Below are positions 28,717-39,635 of a stretch of 64,000 nucleotides of DNA, in pieces. The position numbers and the translations under genes are program-made. The stretch spans positions 1,696,001-1,760,000 of the forward strand of contig CAVXXK010000001.1 in assembly GCA_963765675.1 (NCBI GenBank), given 5' to 3'. Positions within the stretch are counted from its first letter, which is position 1. Every line of letters starts with the position of its first letter. This stretch comes from an uncultured delta proteobacterium. Lineage in GTDB: Bacteria; Desulfobacterota; Binatia; Binatales; Binataceae. The notes under the pieces were generated by a model that saw nothing but the letters and a program-made list of their open reading frames with translations, was not told where the DNA came from and searched no databases.

Positions 28717-31257
28717 CTAAAGGCGTGGATCGACCGGTTCACTCTCGAGCGCCAGTACTCCGAATACGCATTCGTGCACCCGGCGAAGTGGTTCCTTGCG
28801 CACGAATCGTTCTAAAGACTCTATTCCGAGAGCAAACTCGCGAAGCGCCAGCGATCGCTTGACCGAGAGTCCGCGCAAGCGCAGGCGGATGAGATTCTCG
28901 GGCATCGTGTATTCGGGCCCGTATACAATTCTCAGGTATTCCGGACCCCGGCACTTGAGCGCCGGCTGCGCCAGTCCGCGCCTGCCGCGCGCGATATATT
29001 CCAGTGGCTTCACGACCATCCCTTCGCCTCCGCGATTGGTTAGCTCACTCCACCAGCGAACGCCATCCGCCTCTGAGCGTGGATCTGTCAGATCGACAAT
29101 CAGATACGGTGTCGCGAGAAGGATCGGATCGTTGTCGTCGCAGAGCTTCGAGAGCATCGCGAGATGCCATCCATGATCCTTGTCCACGTGCACCCCGTGT
29201 TCACTGGCGAGCAAGTGGAACGGCGCGAGCTTCAGGTCGGCTAACGACGAAACCGGCCAGCAGTAGCGCCGATATGAATCGACGTACAACCGTGCGAGCC
29301 GCTCCCGCTCCCGGGTCCGATGGAGAAGGTCTTTCACTTCCGCTCCCGCAGACACGGCTCGCTCCAGAGCGGCGACCGCGGCGGGCAACGCGACACCCGC
29401 GGCGGCGCCGACTCCCGCATACTGCGAAGTGATAAGCTCTCGGGCCTTCGCCGACCACGGCATCAGTTCGCAATCCAGGCAGAGCCAGTCCGTATCGAGT
29501 TCATCGAACAAGCGGGCATGCTCCACCGCAGAGTGGATACGAGACAGAAACTCGTGCTCGATTTGCGCCGAGTCAAAGAAGCGCCGTCCAGTGCGCGTAT
29601 AGCAAATGCCAAAATCGCCATCGGTGACGCCAAATCGATGCCGCGCCGACTCGTCGTCGCGACACACGATCACCACTGCGCGCGAGCCCATGTGTTTTTC
29701 TTCGCAGATCACCCGTGGCACCCCTTCGTGTCGGTAGTGCGCGAAGGCCTGGGCAGGATGCTCGAGCAATCCGGGTACGCCGGAGGTATCAGCAGGCGAC
29801 ATCGTCGGCGGCAGGAAGATCAACCACTTTGGGTCGGCGGCAAATCGACTGATCGCCTCGAGCGCCGCCGCCGAATTCTCTTCCCGGATAGTGATATTGT
29901 GGTAGAGCCGCGTATCGATAATGCGCTTTCCGCTGACATCTTCGAAATCCAGGATGTCGTCGTGCAGTTGTTGAGCCGTGAGTCTTGACGGCTCGTCGGC
30001 CGGTTTGATGAATGGCCGCGCTGGCTCGCACCAGGCGTGCTCCGCGGGGACAGAAACGAGGGCTTTCTCAGGATAGCGCAACGCGGTGAGCTTTCCGCCG
30101 AAGACGCATCCTGTATCGATATTCATCGTGCCATTGAGCCATTCCGGTTCCGGCACCGGAGTGTGTCCATATACGACAAGCGCCCTGCCACGATATTCCG
30201 CCGCCCAATTGTATCGAACCGGAAGTCCGAACTCGTCGGTCTCACCGGTGGTCTCGCCGAACAATGCAAACTCCCGGACCTTGCCCGAGCCGCGCCCTCG
30301 CATGCTTTCCTTCATTCCGGCGTGTGCGACGACCAACTGTCCCCCGTCCAACACATAATGCGATACGAGACCGTCGATGAACTTTGCAGCGGTCTCAACA
30401 AACTCCGCTGGTTCTCGTTCCAGTTGCTCCAATGACTCGGCAAGTCCGTGAGTGACTTGCACGTTGCGACCACGCAGCTTGCGAAGCAGTTTCATTTCAT
30501 GATTTCCAGGAACGCAGATCGCGTTTCCCGCGGATACCATCTCCATCGCGATCCGCAGAACTCCCGGAATGTCGGGACCGCGATCAACCAAGTCGCCGAG
30601 GAATATCACCTTGCGCCCATCACGATGGCGCCGAGTCGTATGGGCGTAGCCCAGCTTCTCCAGCAGCGTCTCGAGCTCGCGCCGGCAGCCGTGGACGTCG
30701 CCGATGATGTCGAAGGGGCCGCGATCGCTTTTGCGATCGCACCAAAGCGGCTGCCGTTCCACGGTGGCGGTGTCGATCATCTCGGGCGAATCGAGAACGT
30801 GGATGTGACGGAAGCCCTCGCGGTCGAGCCTTCTGAGTGAGTGGCGCAGCTCCTGCACGTGCTGGCGGATCACGCGGCTCGAGAATTTGCGGTCGGGCCG
30901 GGCCGAATTGCGTGCGGCGCAGATTCGCTCTGGCAGATCAAGCACGATTGCCACGGGCAGGCAGTGATATTGCCGGGCGAGGGCGACCAGCGGCTTGCGC
31001 GACTCCGGCTTCACGTTGGTCGCGTCGACTACGGTGAGACGTCCGGCCTGCAGGCGCTTGGCCGCGATAAAGTGCAGGACCTCGAATGCATCGGTGGTCG
31101 CCGATTGATCATTCTCGTTGTCGCTCACCAGCCCGCGGCAAAAGTCCGACGAAAGAATCTCGGTCGCCTGGAAGATCCGCCGCGCGAAGGTTGATTTGCC
31201 TGCGCCTGACGGCCCAATCAAGACCACCAGCGAGAGCTCGGGGATGGTGATATTCAT
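28717..31257 (-). CDS. pnkp: Bacterial polynucleotide kinase-phosphatase-ligase (RNA repair Pnkp)
   Basis: P-loop GPSGAGKST; metallophosphoesterase GDVHG/GDLVDRG/GNHE; ligase motif EEKHMGSR; C-terminal ESEPVDPRL. Confidence 0.96.
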   Translation of the reverse strand: MNITIPELSLVVLIGPSGAGKSTFARRIFQATEILSSDFCRGLVSDNENDQSATTDAFEVLHFIAAKRLQAGRLTVVDATNVKPESRKPLVALARQYHCLPVAIVLDLPERICAARNSARPDRKFSSRVIRQHVQELRHSLRRLDREGFRHIHVLDSPEMIDTATVERQPLWCDRKSDRGPFDIIGDVHGCRRELETLLEKLGYAHTTRRHRDGRKVIFLGDLVDRGPDIPGVLRIAMEMVSAGNAICVPGNHEMKLLRKLRGRNVQVTHGLAESLEQLEREPAEFVETAAKFIDGLVSHYVLDGGQLVVAHAGMKESMRGRGSGKVREFALFGETTGETDEFGLPVRYNWAAEYRGRALVVYGHTPVPEPEWLNGTMNIDTGCVFGGKLTALRYPEKALVSVPAEHAWCEPARPFIKPADEPSRLTAQQLHDDILDFEDVSGKRIIDTRLYHNITIREENSAAALEAISRFAADPKWLIFLPPTMSPADTSGVPGLLEHPAQAFAHYRHEGVPRVICEEKHMGSRAVVIVCRDDESARHRFGVTDGDFGICYTRTGRRFFDSAQIEHEFLSRIHSAVEHARLFDELDTDWLCLDCELMPWSAKARELITSQYAGVGAAAGVALPAAVAALERAVSAGAEVKDLLHRTRERERLARLYVDSYRRYCWPVSSLADLKLAPFHLLASEHGVHVDKDHGWHLAMLSKLCDDNDPILLATPYLIVDLTDPRSEADGVRWWSELTNRGGEGMVVKPLEYIARGRRGLAQPALKCRGPEYLRIVYGPEYTMPENLIRLRLRGLSVKRSLALREFALGIESLERFVRKEPLRRVHECVFGVLALESEPVDPRL

Positions 31258-32655
31258 CGGCTGAAAACCGCCATCTGCGTCGGCGCACCAAGCGCTTCAT
31301 CCTCGTTTCCGACCGGCAGGAATCGCAGTCGGTAGCCGAAGCGTTCGCCAATATCGCGGCCCCATTGCTCGAATTCAGCCCGGGTCCACTCGAAACGATG
31401 ATCACGATGCCGAAAGTGGCCCGCAGGCAGTCCCTCGAACCTGACGTTGTATTCACTGTTCGGTGTTGTGACGACTATGGTTCTGGGTCGTGCGAACTCG
31501 AAGACGTTGCGCTCCATCGCGCGCAGCCGCGGCGGATCCAGATGTTCGATCACCTCAACCAGGGCGGCGGCGTCATAACCCTCCAGACGGCGGTCCCGAT
31601 ACGTCAGCGATCCGTGAATCAGGCGAACGCGCTCGCGCTGGAGATCGGGCATCCGTTCGAGCCGTAAGCGGTCCGAGGCGCGTTCAAGCGACCGATGGGA
31701 GACGTCCATTCCGACAATTTCGCCGAAGGCTTTCTCTTTCAGGAGCGCCGACAGCAGATGGCCTTCGCCGCATCCGAGATCGAGAATCCGGCGAGCGCCC
31801 GACTGTCTCAGCACTCCCAGCACGGCACCGATTCGTTGCTCACCAAGCGCTTATCTGGCCCTCCAGCGTTCGCTCTTCAGCGGTATGCTCGGCCGCGAGC
31901 GAGTCGGCTTCGGGTTCTTCTTCAGCGGTCAATCGATCAAGCGCGGTGCGAGCCAGGCTACGCTGATGGCGCAGGTATCGCCGCACGATCAAATCGCGTT
32001 CCGGGTGCGAATCGAGCCATCCCGCGCCGCGGCGAAGAAGCTTCTCGACCTCGTCATCGCCGACCCAGTAATGTTTGTCGTCATCGAGCACTGGAATCAG
32101 AACGTAGAGATGAGTTAGCAGATCGCAGAGGCGCCGGTGCGCTCTGAGGGTTACGCTGAAATAGGGGCTCATGCCCCATTCCGGATGCGTTTCATCTAGC
32201 GGAGGCTGTTTGACCTCAAGCCGATAACCGAGTGGCTCGAACAGCCGGTGCAACAAGGCTTGTCCGTCGCGGCAAGGCAGAGCAGCCAGATGCGCCTCGA
32301 GGGGAAGTTCGCGTTGCGCCAGCTCGGGACGGTCTTTGCTTGTCCCCGCCATCGCTGAGCTAAAGACCCGCGCGAGCGCGACGCTCAGGAACGACGACGC
32401 CGCATAAGGGCGGTCGTTTACGTACTCTTCGAGCTTGCGATCTGCACCGGACGGCCCGCTGCGCTTTCGCACGAGCCCAATCGGATCGACTTCGAGCAGC
32501 AACGCGGCGGTGCACCGTTCAGAGCCGGTCTCCGGATAAAAGACGTGCGCCTTGGCGAATCCGAGGTCGGTCGATTGCGCGCGAGACGGATTCTTGTGCA
32601 ACAAAAAGCCAAGATCACTGGCTGGAGAGAAACTGGCTGTTATCGTCAAAATCAT
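31254..32655 (-). CDS. hen1: 3'-terminal RNA ribose 2'-O-methyltransferase Hen1; +1 frameshift near 31848
   Basis: N-domain 'DLGFLLHKNP..YVNDRPYAASS..IPVLDDDKHYWVG'; MTase 'DLGCGEG..EVIEH..TPNSEYN..FRHRDHRFEW'; ATGA overlap with pnkp. Confidence 0.93.
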
Positions 32656-32853
32656 CCTGGTTTCCGATCACATGGGAGCGTAACGACCCCGATGCCAGAT
32701 TGCGATAGACGATTCTCCGAGTCCATGCCTGCTGATGAATTCTCGCGGAACAGACGAGTTGGAATCAATTCGACAACCGCTGTCGTGAGGCCAAATCCGC
32801 CCTCTGGTGCGTTACGCTGCGCGGTGGTTCATTTTCCAATAGGAGTTTGAGAA

Positions 32854-33204
32854 ATGAACGATCGATGTTCACTGTGCGGAGCTTGGTGTTCCGCGCGGGC
32901 GCGGTTCTGTGGCAATTGCGGAAGTGCTCTGGTTGCATCCACACGGATCAATCCCGGGGTAGCATTTGCCCTCTCGCAGCCGGTGGGCGAGTTCTGCCAG
33001 CTTTCCTGCAGTGCGTTCTTCCGCCATCGATGGAAAGCCTACGGCGTTTTGCGCGGAGGGCTCTACTATTTCAGGGAAGAGGATCAGATATGCCCGCGAT
33101 GCGGCCGTCCGGCGGCGGGCGTAGCGGCGCAGACCGACCTTATGATTCGCGAGCAGCGCAGGTCGAACTTCTGGCTGACGTTACTCTTCCTGTTCCGCAA
33201 TTGA
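32854..33204 (+). CDS. Zinc-ribbon hypothetical protein with hydrophobic C-terminus
   Basis: RBS AGGAG; CSLC...FCGNCG, CQLSC, CPRCG motifs. Confidence 0.65.
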   Translation: MNDRCSLCGAWCSARARFCGNCGSALVASTRINPGVAFALSQPVGEFCQLSCSAFFRHRWKAYGVLRGGLYYFREEDQICPRCGRPAAGVAAQTDLMIREQRRSNFWLTLLFLFRN

Positions 33205-33367
33205 GCCTGTTTTGCCGGTACGGAACACTCACTTGCGCGGCTTCGAAGCCGATAGCCGTGCTCTCGCGCGTGTTTTGCGGGTCAGATAATCTTAAACGCA
33301 GGCCGCATCAGCAGATATTGCAGGGAGAATAGCTCGGACGCGGGATCCGCGTCCGCATTGACCATCC

Positions 33368-36241
33368 GTGGCAGAGACCGACTACAAATCCACCCTCGCG
33401 CTTCCTAAAACTGACTTTCCGATGAAGGCGAACCTCGCCAAGCGCGAGCCGGAAATTCTGAAGCGCTGGGACGAGATGGATATCTATGCGCTCCTGCTCA
33501 AGACGCGCAAAGATCGGCCCGCCTGGATCCTGCACGACGGTCCTCCATACGCCAACGGCCGGGCGCATCTGGGCACCGCGCTCAATAAGATTTTGAAGGA
33601 CTTCGTCGTGCGCTCGCGCTCGATGTTGGGGAATCGGACGCCATTCGTGCCCGGATGGGACTGTCACGGGATGCCGATCGAGCACAAGGTCTCGCGCGAT
33701 CTGGGCGCGAAGGCGCGCACGATGCCGAAGCTGGAGTTGCGCAAGCGATGCCGCGCTGAGGCCGAGAAGTGGATCGACCTGCAGCGCGGCGACTACCGGC
33801 GCCTCGGATGTATCGGCGACTGGTTCAATCCGTACCTTACGATGGCGCCGGCGTACGACGCCGCCGAGATCGGCGTACTGCGCGACCTGGTCGAGCGCGG
33901 CTACGTCTATCGCGGCCTGCGCCCGGTTCATTGGTGTTTCGATTGCCGCACCGGCTTGGCGGAAGCCGAAGTTGAATACGGCGATCACAAATCGCCCGCG
34001 ATCTACGTCGCGTTTCGCGCTCAATCAAAACGCCGGTGATGCCGGCGCGCTTGCCGCCGACTAACGCGGACCGCGCGGAGCTCTCCGCCGCTCACAAAGC
34101 GGGCAACCTGTTCGCCGTCATCTGGACCACCACGCCTTGGACGCTGCCCGCCAATCTTGGGATCAGCCTCAACGAGACCTTCGATTACGTCGCGCTGAAG
34201 GTCGGCGAGAAATATTACATCGTGGCGGCGAGGCTCGCCGAAGCGGTTACCGAGGCGATCTTGAAAGAGGCCGGGCTCACGGTCGAAAAGAGTATCGTGC
34301 TCGATCGCGGCGCGATCCACGCGCTCGACGGCAAGGATATTTTCCGGCATCCGTTTCTCCCGCGCGACGTGAAGCTGATGTATGCCGAGCACGTTACCGC
34401 CGACGCCGGCACGGGGCTGGTGCATACCGCGCCGGGCCATGGCTACGAGGATTTCGTGGTCGGCGCGAAGTATGGAATCGAGCCGTTCACTCCGGTTGAC
34501 GGCGCGGGCGTGTTCACCGCCGAGGGAGGAGAGTGGGCCGGACGCAACGTGTTCGACGCGAACGACTCGATCGTCGCGCGGCTGCGCGAAACCGGCGCGC
34601 TGCTGGCGGCGCATACAATCTCACACAGCTATCCGCATTGCTGGCGATGCCACAAGCCGCTCATCTTCCGGGCGACCGAGCAGTGGTTCCTGCGGATCGA
34701 TCACGAAGGGTTGCGCGAAAAAGTCGTCGCGGCGATCGACGGCGCGACATGGGTTCCCGGATGGTCGCGCGATCGAATCCGCAACATGACCGAGACCCGT
34801 CCCGACTGGAACCTGTCACGCCAGCGAGCATGGGGCGTGCCGATTCCAGCGCTGCGCTGCTCCGGATGCGCCAACGTGATCCTCGACTCGGGCGTGATGA
34901 AAATCGCCGAGACGATCTTCATGAAAGAAAGCTCCGATGCGTGGTTCGAGCGTCCGGCCGCCGACTTCGTGCCGCCCGGACTCAAATGCCCGAAGTGCTC
35001 GGGCGCGGCGTTCAGCAAAGAAGAGGATGTGCTCGACGTCTGGTTCGATTCCGGATGCTCGCAGGCCGCCGTGCTCGCGATCCGGCCAGAGCTCACGTGG
35101 CCCGCGGACGCGTACCTGGAAGCGGTAGAGCAGGCGCGCGGATGGTTCAGCTCGTCGCTGACCTGCGCGGTCGCGCAGCGCGGCGCCGCTCCGTTTCGCG
35201 CGGTTATCAGCCACGGGCTTACGGTGGACGAGCGCGGGCGCAAGATGTCGAAGTCGCTCGGCAACACCGAGGACGCATACGAGGTCGCGAACCGGCTCGG
35301 CTCCGACGTGATCCGGCTGGTCTACGCGTCGCTCGACTACACCAGCGAAATCGCGCTCGGTCCGACGATCTTCGGCGCCGTCTCGGAGTCGTACCGCAAG
35401 ATTCGCAATACCTGTAAATATCTCCTCGGCAATCTTTCGGACTTCGATCCGGCGCGTGACGCGATCGCGCATCCGGCGATGTTCGAGTTCGACCGCTTTA
35501 TCCTCGCGCGATTGGAGCGGCTCAAGACCGAGGTGCGCCGCGCGTTCGAGAATTTCGATTTTCAGGCCGCGTATTCGGCGATGTCGAATTTTATCGTGGT
35601 CGATCTGAGCTCGCTGTATATCGACGTGGCGCGCGACCGGCTCTATTGCGACGGTAAAACCTCGGTGAGCCGGCGCTCGGCGCAGAGCGCGATGTATCAA
35701 ATCCTCGACGCGCTGGTGCGGATGCTCGCGCCGCTGATTCCGTACACCGCCGAGGAAATTTATTCGTACGTTCCCGGAAAGGCAGCCGAGAGTGTGCACC
35801 TGCTCGAGCTCCAGCCTGCTCATCCCGAATGGACTGACGCGGCGCTCGCGGCGAAATGGGATCGGCTGCTCGCGGTCCGTGACGACGCGCTCAAGCTGCT
35901 CGAAGCGATGCGCAAAGCGGGCACGATCGGCGGCCCACTCGATGCCGTGGTTAAGATTTCTTCCGACGCCGCGACTGACGCGGCTGCATTGAAGGCGTTG
36001 TTTATCGTCTCCGACGTGGCGCCGTTGGAACCCGGCGAAGCTGCCGCGCTCAAGACCGAAGCGGCAGGCACGCGACGAGGTATTTGCGCAGCGATCGGCT
36101 TCTACGCCTCGAGTCTCGCCGACCGTTGCTCTGACTGGACGGCGCGCGCCGGGCGTTAAGTGCCATCGATGCTGGTGCTATTTCGACGACGGCGGCGACC
36201 CCGAGCTGTGCCCGCGATGCCGCGCCGTGGTCAGGGCCTGA
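33368..36241 (+). CDS. ileS: Isoleucine--tRNA ligase (type 1); apparent frameshifts near 34015-34060 and 36070-36150
   Basis: '[13 protein letters not shown]', GWDCHG, GTGLVH, KMSKS; C-terminal zinc finger 'KCHRCW..LCPRC' in another frame, stop at 36241. Confidence 0.96.
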
Positions 36242-36245
36242 TCCG

Positions 36246-36837
36246 GTGAGCGAAACTTCCTCCGATTCACAGACGGCCGCGCGTTCGCGGCTTGGCGTAA
36301 TCGCGATACTGCTCGGTCTCGTGACCTTGCCGATTGTCGTACTCGATCAGGCAAGCAAGCTCTGCGTCGCCCGGAATATGGCGCTGTACGAATCGATTCC
36401 GGTCATCCCGCACTGGTTCGATATCACCTACACGCGCAACCCCGGCGCCGCGTTCAGCATGTTCGTCGCGATGGCGCCGTGGGTTCGCGGCGCGATGCTG
36501 CTCGCGACTCTCGGTCGCGGCTATCATCGTGCTGCTGGTGCTGATCGCGCGCAGCCGCCGAATCGATATCAACTCGGTCGCGTTCGCACTGATCCTGGCG
36601 GGTGCGGCCGGCAACCTGATCGATCGCGCGCTCCGCGGCCAGGTGATTGATTTTATCCGGGTGCACTATTACGACCTCAACTACCCGGTGTTCAATGTCG
36701 CCGACAGCGCGATAACGATCGGCGTTGTGCTGGTGATCCTCGCGACGATCGTAAGCTCACCCGAGCACTCCGCGGAGAGCCGTCCTACCGAACCGGCCGA
36801 GCAGCCCCGTTCTTCTCACAGCACCGCCGGGAATTGA
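36246..36837 (+). CDS. lspA: Lipoprotein signal peptidase II; +1 frameshift near 36507
   Basis: 'LDQASK..NPGAAFS' then '[22 protein letters not shown]'; follows ileS. Confidence 0.93.
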
Positions 36838-36946
36838 TCGGACGCGCCGGGTTGCCGCCGATTTGACGATTTGCCGCGCGCGGGTTTAACGTGCGATTGC
36901 GAACCCGCGCCATCGACGACCGGCGCGGGCGCGAGGAGCGCCGCCG

Positions 36947-37897
36947 ATGAAATCGATCAATACCGTCACCGGAACCGCGACCGCCGAGCAGCTCGGCACG
37001 ACGTTGATGCACGAGCATCTGATGATCGGATGGGCCGGATGGGAGCTCGATTGCGCTGCGCCCAAGTTCGAGCGCAAGGCGGCGCTCAAGACCTGCGTCG
37101 AGCGGCTGAAGGAATTGAAAGACCTGGGCGTCTCGACCTTCGTCGATCCGTGCCCGATGGACATCGGACGCGACGTGAACTTCATGGCCGAGGTCGCGTC
37201 GGCCTCTGGCATCAATATCGTCTGCGCCACCGGGCTGTACAAGGAAGACCTCGGCAGCACGCCGTATTTCAAACAGCGCACGGTCGATCAGATCGCGGAA
37301 GTTTACGTGCAGGAGATCACCAAGGGTATCGGCGGGACCGGAATCAAGGCGGGGATCATCAAGTGCGCCACCGGCAAGGGCCAGGTGACCGCATACGAAG
37401 AGAATTGTCTGCGCGCCGCGGGACGGGCGCATCTGCGCACCGGCGCTCCGATCACGACGCATACCGAAGACGGCACGATGGGGCGCGAGCAACTCGAGAT
37501 TTTCGCCTCAGAGGGCGTGGATCTCGCTCACGTGGTTATTGGCCATAGCTGCGGCTCGGCCGACTTGGGCTATCACACGGCGATGCTCGATCGCGGATGT
37601 GTTCTCGGCTTCGACCGCTTCGGCCTGGATTTCCTGCATCCCGACAAGCTCAGGCTCGCCGCGCTGATCGGACTGCTCGGCGTCGGCTATGAGAAGCAGC
37701 TCGTGCTCTCGCACGATACTGTTGCCTGCTGGCTCGGACGCGGGCTGGATCTACCGCCGGAGACTGCCAAACTGGTCGAGAACTGGAAGCCGACCCACGT
37801 GCTCAAGAATATCGTGCCCGCGCTGCGGACCGCCGGGGTCGGAGAGGAAAAGATCCGCGCGATGCTGGTGGAGAACCCGCGCCGATACTTCAGTTGA
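36947..37897 (+). CDS. Phosphotriesterase-family amidohydrolase
   Basis: 'GTTLMHEH', 'GIIKCA', 'ITTHT', 'VIGH', 'LSHD', 'VENPRR'. Confidence 0.92.
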   Translation: MKSINTVTGTATAEQLGTTLMHEHLMIGWAGWELDCAAPKFERKAALKTCVERLKELKDLGVSTFVDPCPMDIGRDVNFMAEVASASGINIVCATGLYKEDLGSTPYFKQRTVDQIAEVYVQEITKGIGGTGIKAGIIKCATGKGQVTAYEENCLRAAGRAHLRTGAPITTHTEDGTMGREQLEIFASEGVDLAHVVIGHSCGSADLGYHTAMLDRGCVLGFDRFGLDFLHPDKLRLAALIGLLGVGYEKQLVLSHDTVACWLGRGLDLPPETAKLVENWKPTHVLKNIVPALRTAGVGEEKIRAMLVENPRRYFS

Positions 37898-37934
37898 GCA
37901 CCGGCGCGGGGCTCTTGAGCTTCGATACGCCGCG

Positions 37935-38162
37935 TTACTTGCGCGGCTCGGACATCGCTACCGGCTCGCCCGCGCCGGTTTCGGCCTTCTCGCGCCACTG
38001 GTCGATCGCCTCGACCGTGAAACGCCAGTCGCTGCCCACCCGGAAGGCGGGAAGCTGGTTTTTCTTGAGCATCCGGTAAATGGTTGACGGATGCACGCGC
38101 AGGTAGCTCGAGACCTCTTGCACGGTGAGCACCCTGCTTCTCATTACTTCAACACGATCCAT
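37935..38162 (-). CDS. Excisionase-like helix-turn-helix DNA-binding protein
   Basis: 'LTVQEVSSYLRVHPSTIYRM..LPAFRVGSDWRF'; RBS GAGGTG. Confidence 0.88.
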   Translation of the reverse strand: MDRVEVMRSRVLTVQEVSSYLRVHPSTIYRMLKKNQLPAFRVGSDWRFTVEAIDQWREKAETGAGEPVAMSEPRK

Positions 38163-38555
38163 GACTCACCTCGGCGCCGTTTGATTTGTTCCTTGCTGTC
38201 CAGACGGAAGTAGCCGGTTAACTACAGCGCCTCTCAGGCCTTATGCCGGTCAGCAAGCCCATGACGGGATTAGCCGGGTCCCGGCAGAAACACCAGACCT
38301 GATACCAACATTAATCCACTATCCGGTGCCCGGGTAAAGACCGCATGTCGGCTTGAGAGCTGCAAAATACCGCCGTCCACAGACAAGCGTCGCGCGTCAA
38401 TGGCGCTATACGCGCTCCACCTCGTACGTTTGACGATCACCACCAGTAGGATATTCGTACATTTCGATAGCCGAGGGCAAGCATAAATCTGATCATCTAT
38501 CCACAATCGTGCGCGAGCGGGGATGATCAAATGTGAATAGAAGGGCTGATGATGC

Positions 38556-39635
38556 CTAGGCGAGAACGGCGAGAATCTCTTCGATGCCGAGTTTGCGCGT
38601 GAACGCGTGCCCGAGCCGGTCGAGCAGAACGAACTCGATCCCGCCGTCCGCGCGTTTCTTGTCCAGGCGTATCGCGCTCAGAAATGCCGCGTCGTGCTGC
38701 GTATCCGGCGGCATCGCGGTCGGAAGCCCGGTTCGCGCGATCAGGCGCACCAGGCGCGACGCCTCGTCGGCGCTAAGGCCGCCGTGCTTCTCGGAAAGCG
38801 CTGCCGCGGCGACCATCCCGATTGCGACCGCCTCTCCGTGGAGATAACGGCCATAGCCGGCGCTGGCTTCCAGAGCGTGGCCGAGGGTATGGCCGAAATT
38901 CAGAATCTTGCGCAGCCCGCCCTCGCGTTCGTCCGACGCGACGATCGCGGCTTTGTGCCTGAGCGAGCGGGCGATGACTGCCTCGAGAATCGCGGGCTCG
39001 CGCGCTGCGATCCGATCAAGGTCGCGTTCCAGGTCCGAGACCATCGCGGCGTCCATGATCGCGCCGTACTTGATCACTTCGGCAAATCCCTCGCGGTATT
39101 CACGCTCGGGCAGGGTCGCGAGCGTGGCGACGTCGGCGATGATCGCGAGCGGCTGATGGAACGCGCCGATCAGATTTTTTGCGCGTGGATGGTTGACGCC
39201 GGTTTTTCCGCCGAGCGACGAATCCACCTGGGCGACGACGGTTGTCGGCACCTGCACCACCGCGATTCCGCGCAGGTATGTCGCCGCTGCGAAGCCTGCC
39301 AGATCGCCGACCACGCCGCCGCCGAGTGCGAACACCGCGCCTGCGCGATCGATCTCCGCCGCCGTCATCCGATCGTACAGCATCGCCAGCGTCGCGAGAG
39401 ACTTGCTCGCCTCTCCCGCCGCAATCTCGATTATTTCGGGTGTGAAACCGCTCCGTTTAAGCGAATCGATCGCACGCGCTGCATAGAGCTTCGCGACGTT
39501 CGAGTCGGTCACGAGCGCGGCGCGCCCGGGCTTTAGTCCCGCACGAGTCGTGAACGCGCCCAAATCGTCGAGCAGGCCCACGCCGACGTGGACCTCGTGC
39601 GCGTTCGCGCCCAGCTCTACGCGGAAAGATTGCAT
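38556..39635 (-). CDS. aroB: 3-dehydroquinate synthase
   Basis: 'GEASK', 'GGGVVGDLAGF', 'PTT..QVDSSLGGKTG', 'LNFGHTLGHA'. Confidence 0.97.
   Translation of the reverse strand: MQSFRVELGANAHEVHVGVGLLDDLGAFTTRAGLKPGRAALVTDSNVAKLYAARAIDSLKRSGFTPEIIEIAAGEASKSLATLAMLYDRMTAAEIDRAGAVFALGGGVVGDLAGFAAATYLRGIAVVQVPTTVVAQVDSSLGGKTGVNHPRAKNLIGAFHQPLAIIADVATLATLPEREYREGFAEVIKYGAIMDAAMVSDLERDLDRIAAREPAILEAVIARSLRHKAAIVASDEREGGLRKILNFGHTLGHALEASAGYGRYLHGEAVAIGMVAAAALSEKHGGLSADEASRLVRLIARTGLPTAMPPDTQHDAAFLSAIRLDKKRADGGIEFVLLDRLGHAFTRKLGIEEILAVLA

Noticed and set aside
33205-33367. T-box riboswitch upstream of ileS
   Set aside because: No T-box consensus or stem I motifs; only a 9-bp hairpin at 33335..33355
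34010-34062. Programmed frameshifting in ileS, lspA or aroC
   Set aside because: No slippery heptamers or stimulatory structures seen; the pattern fits insertion errors
38497-38540. Two DnaA-box-like 9-mers suggesting oriC
   Set aside because: Only two imperfect matches, no AT-rich unwinding element and no dnaA neighbourhood
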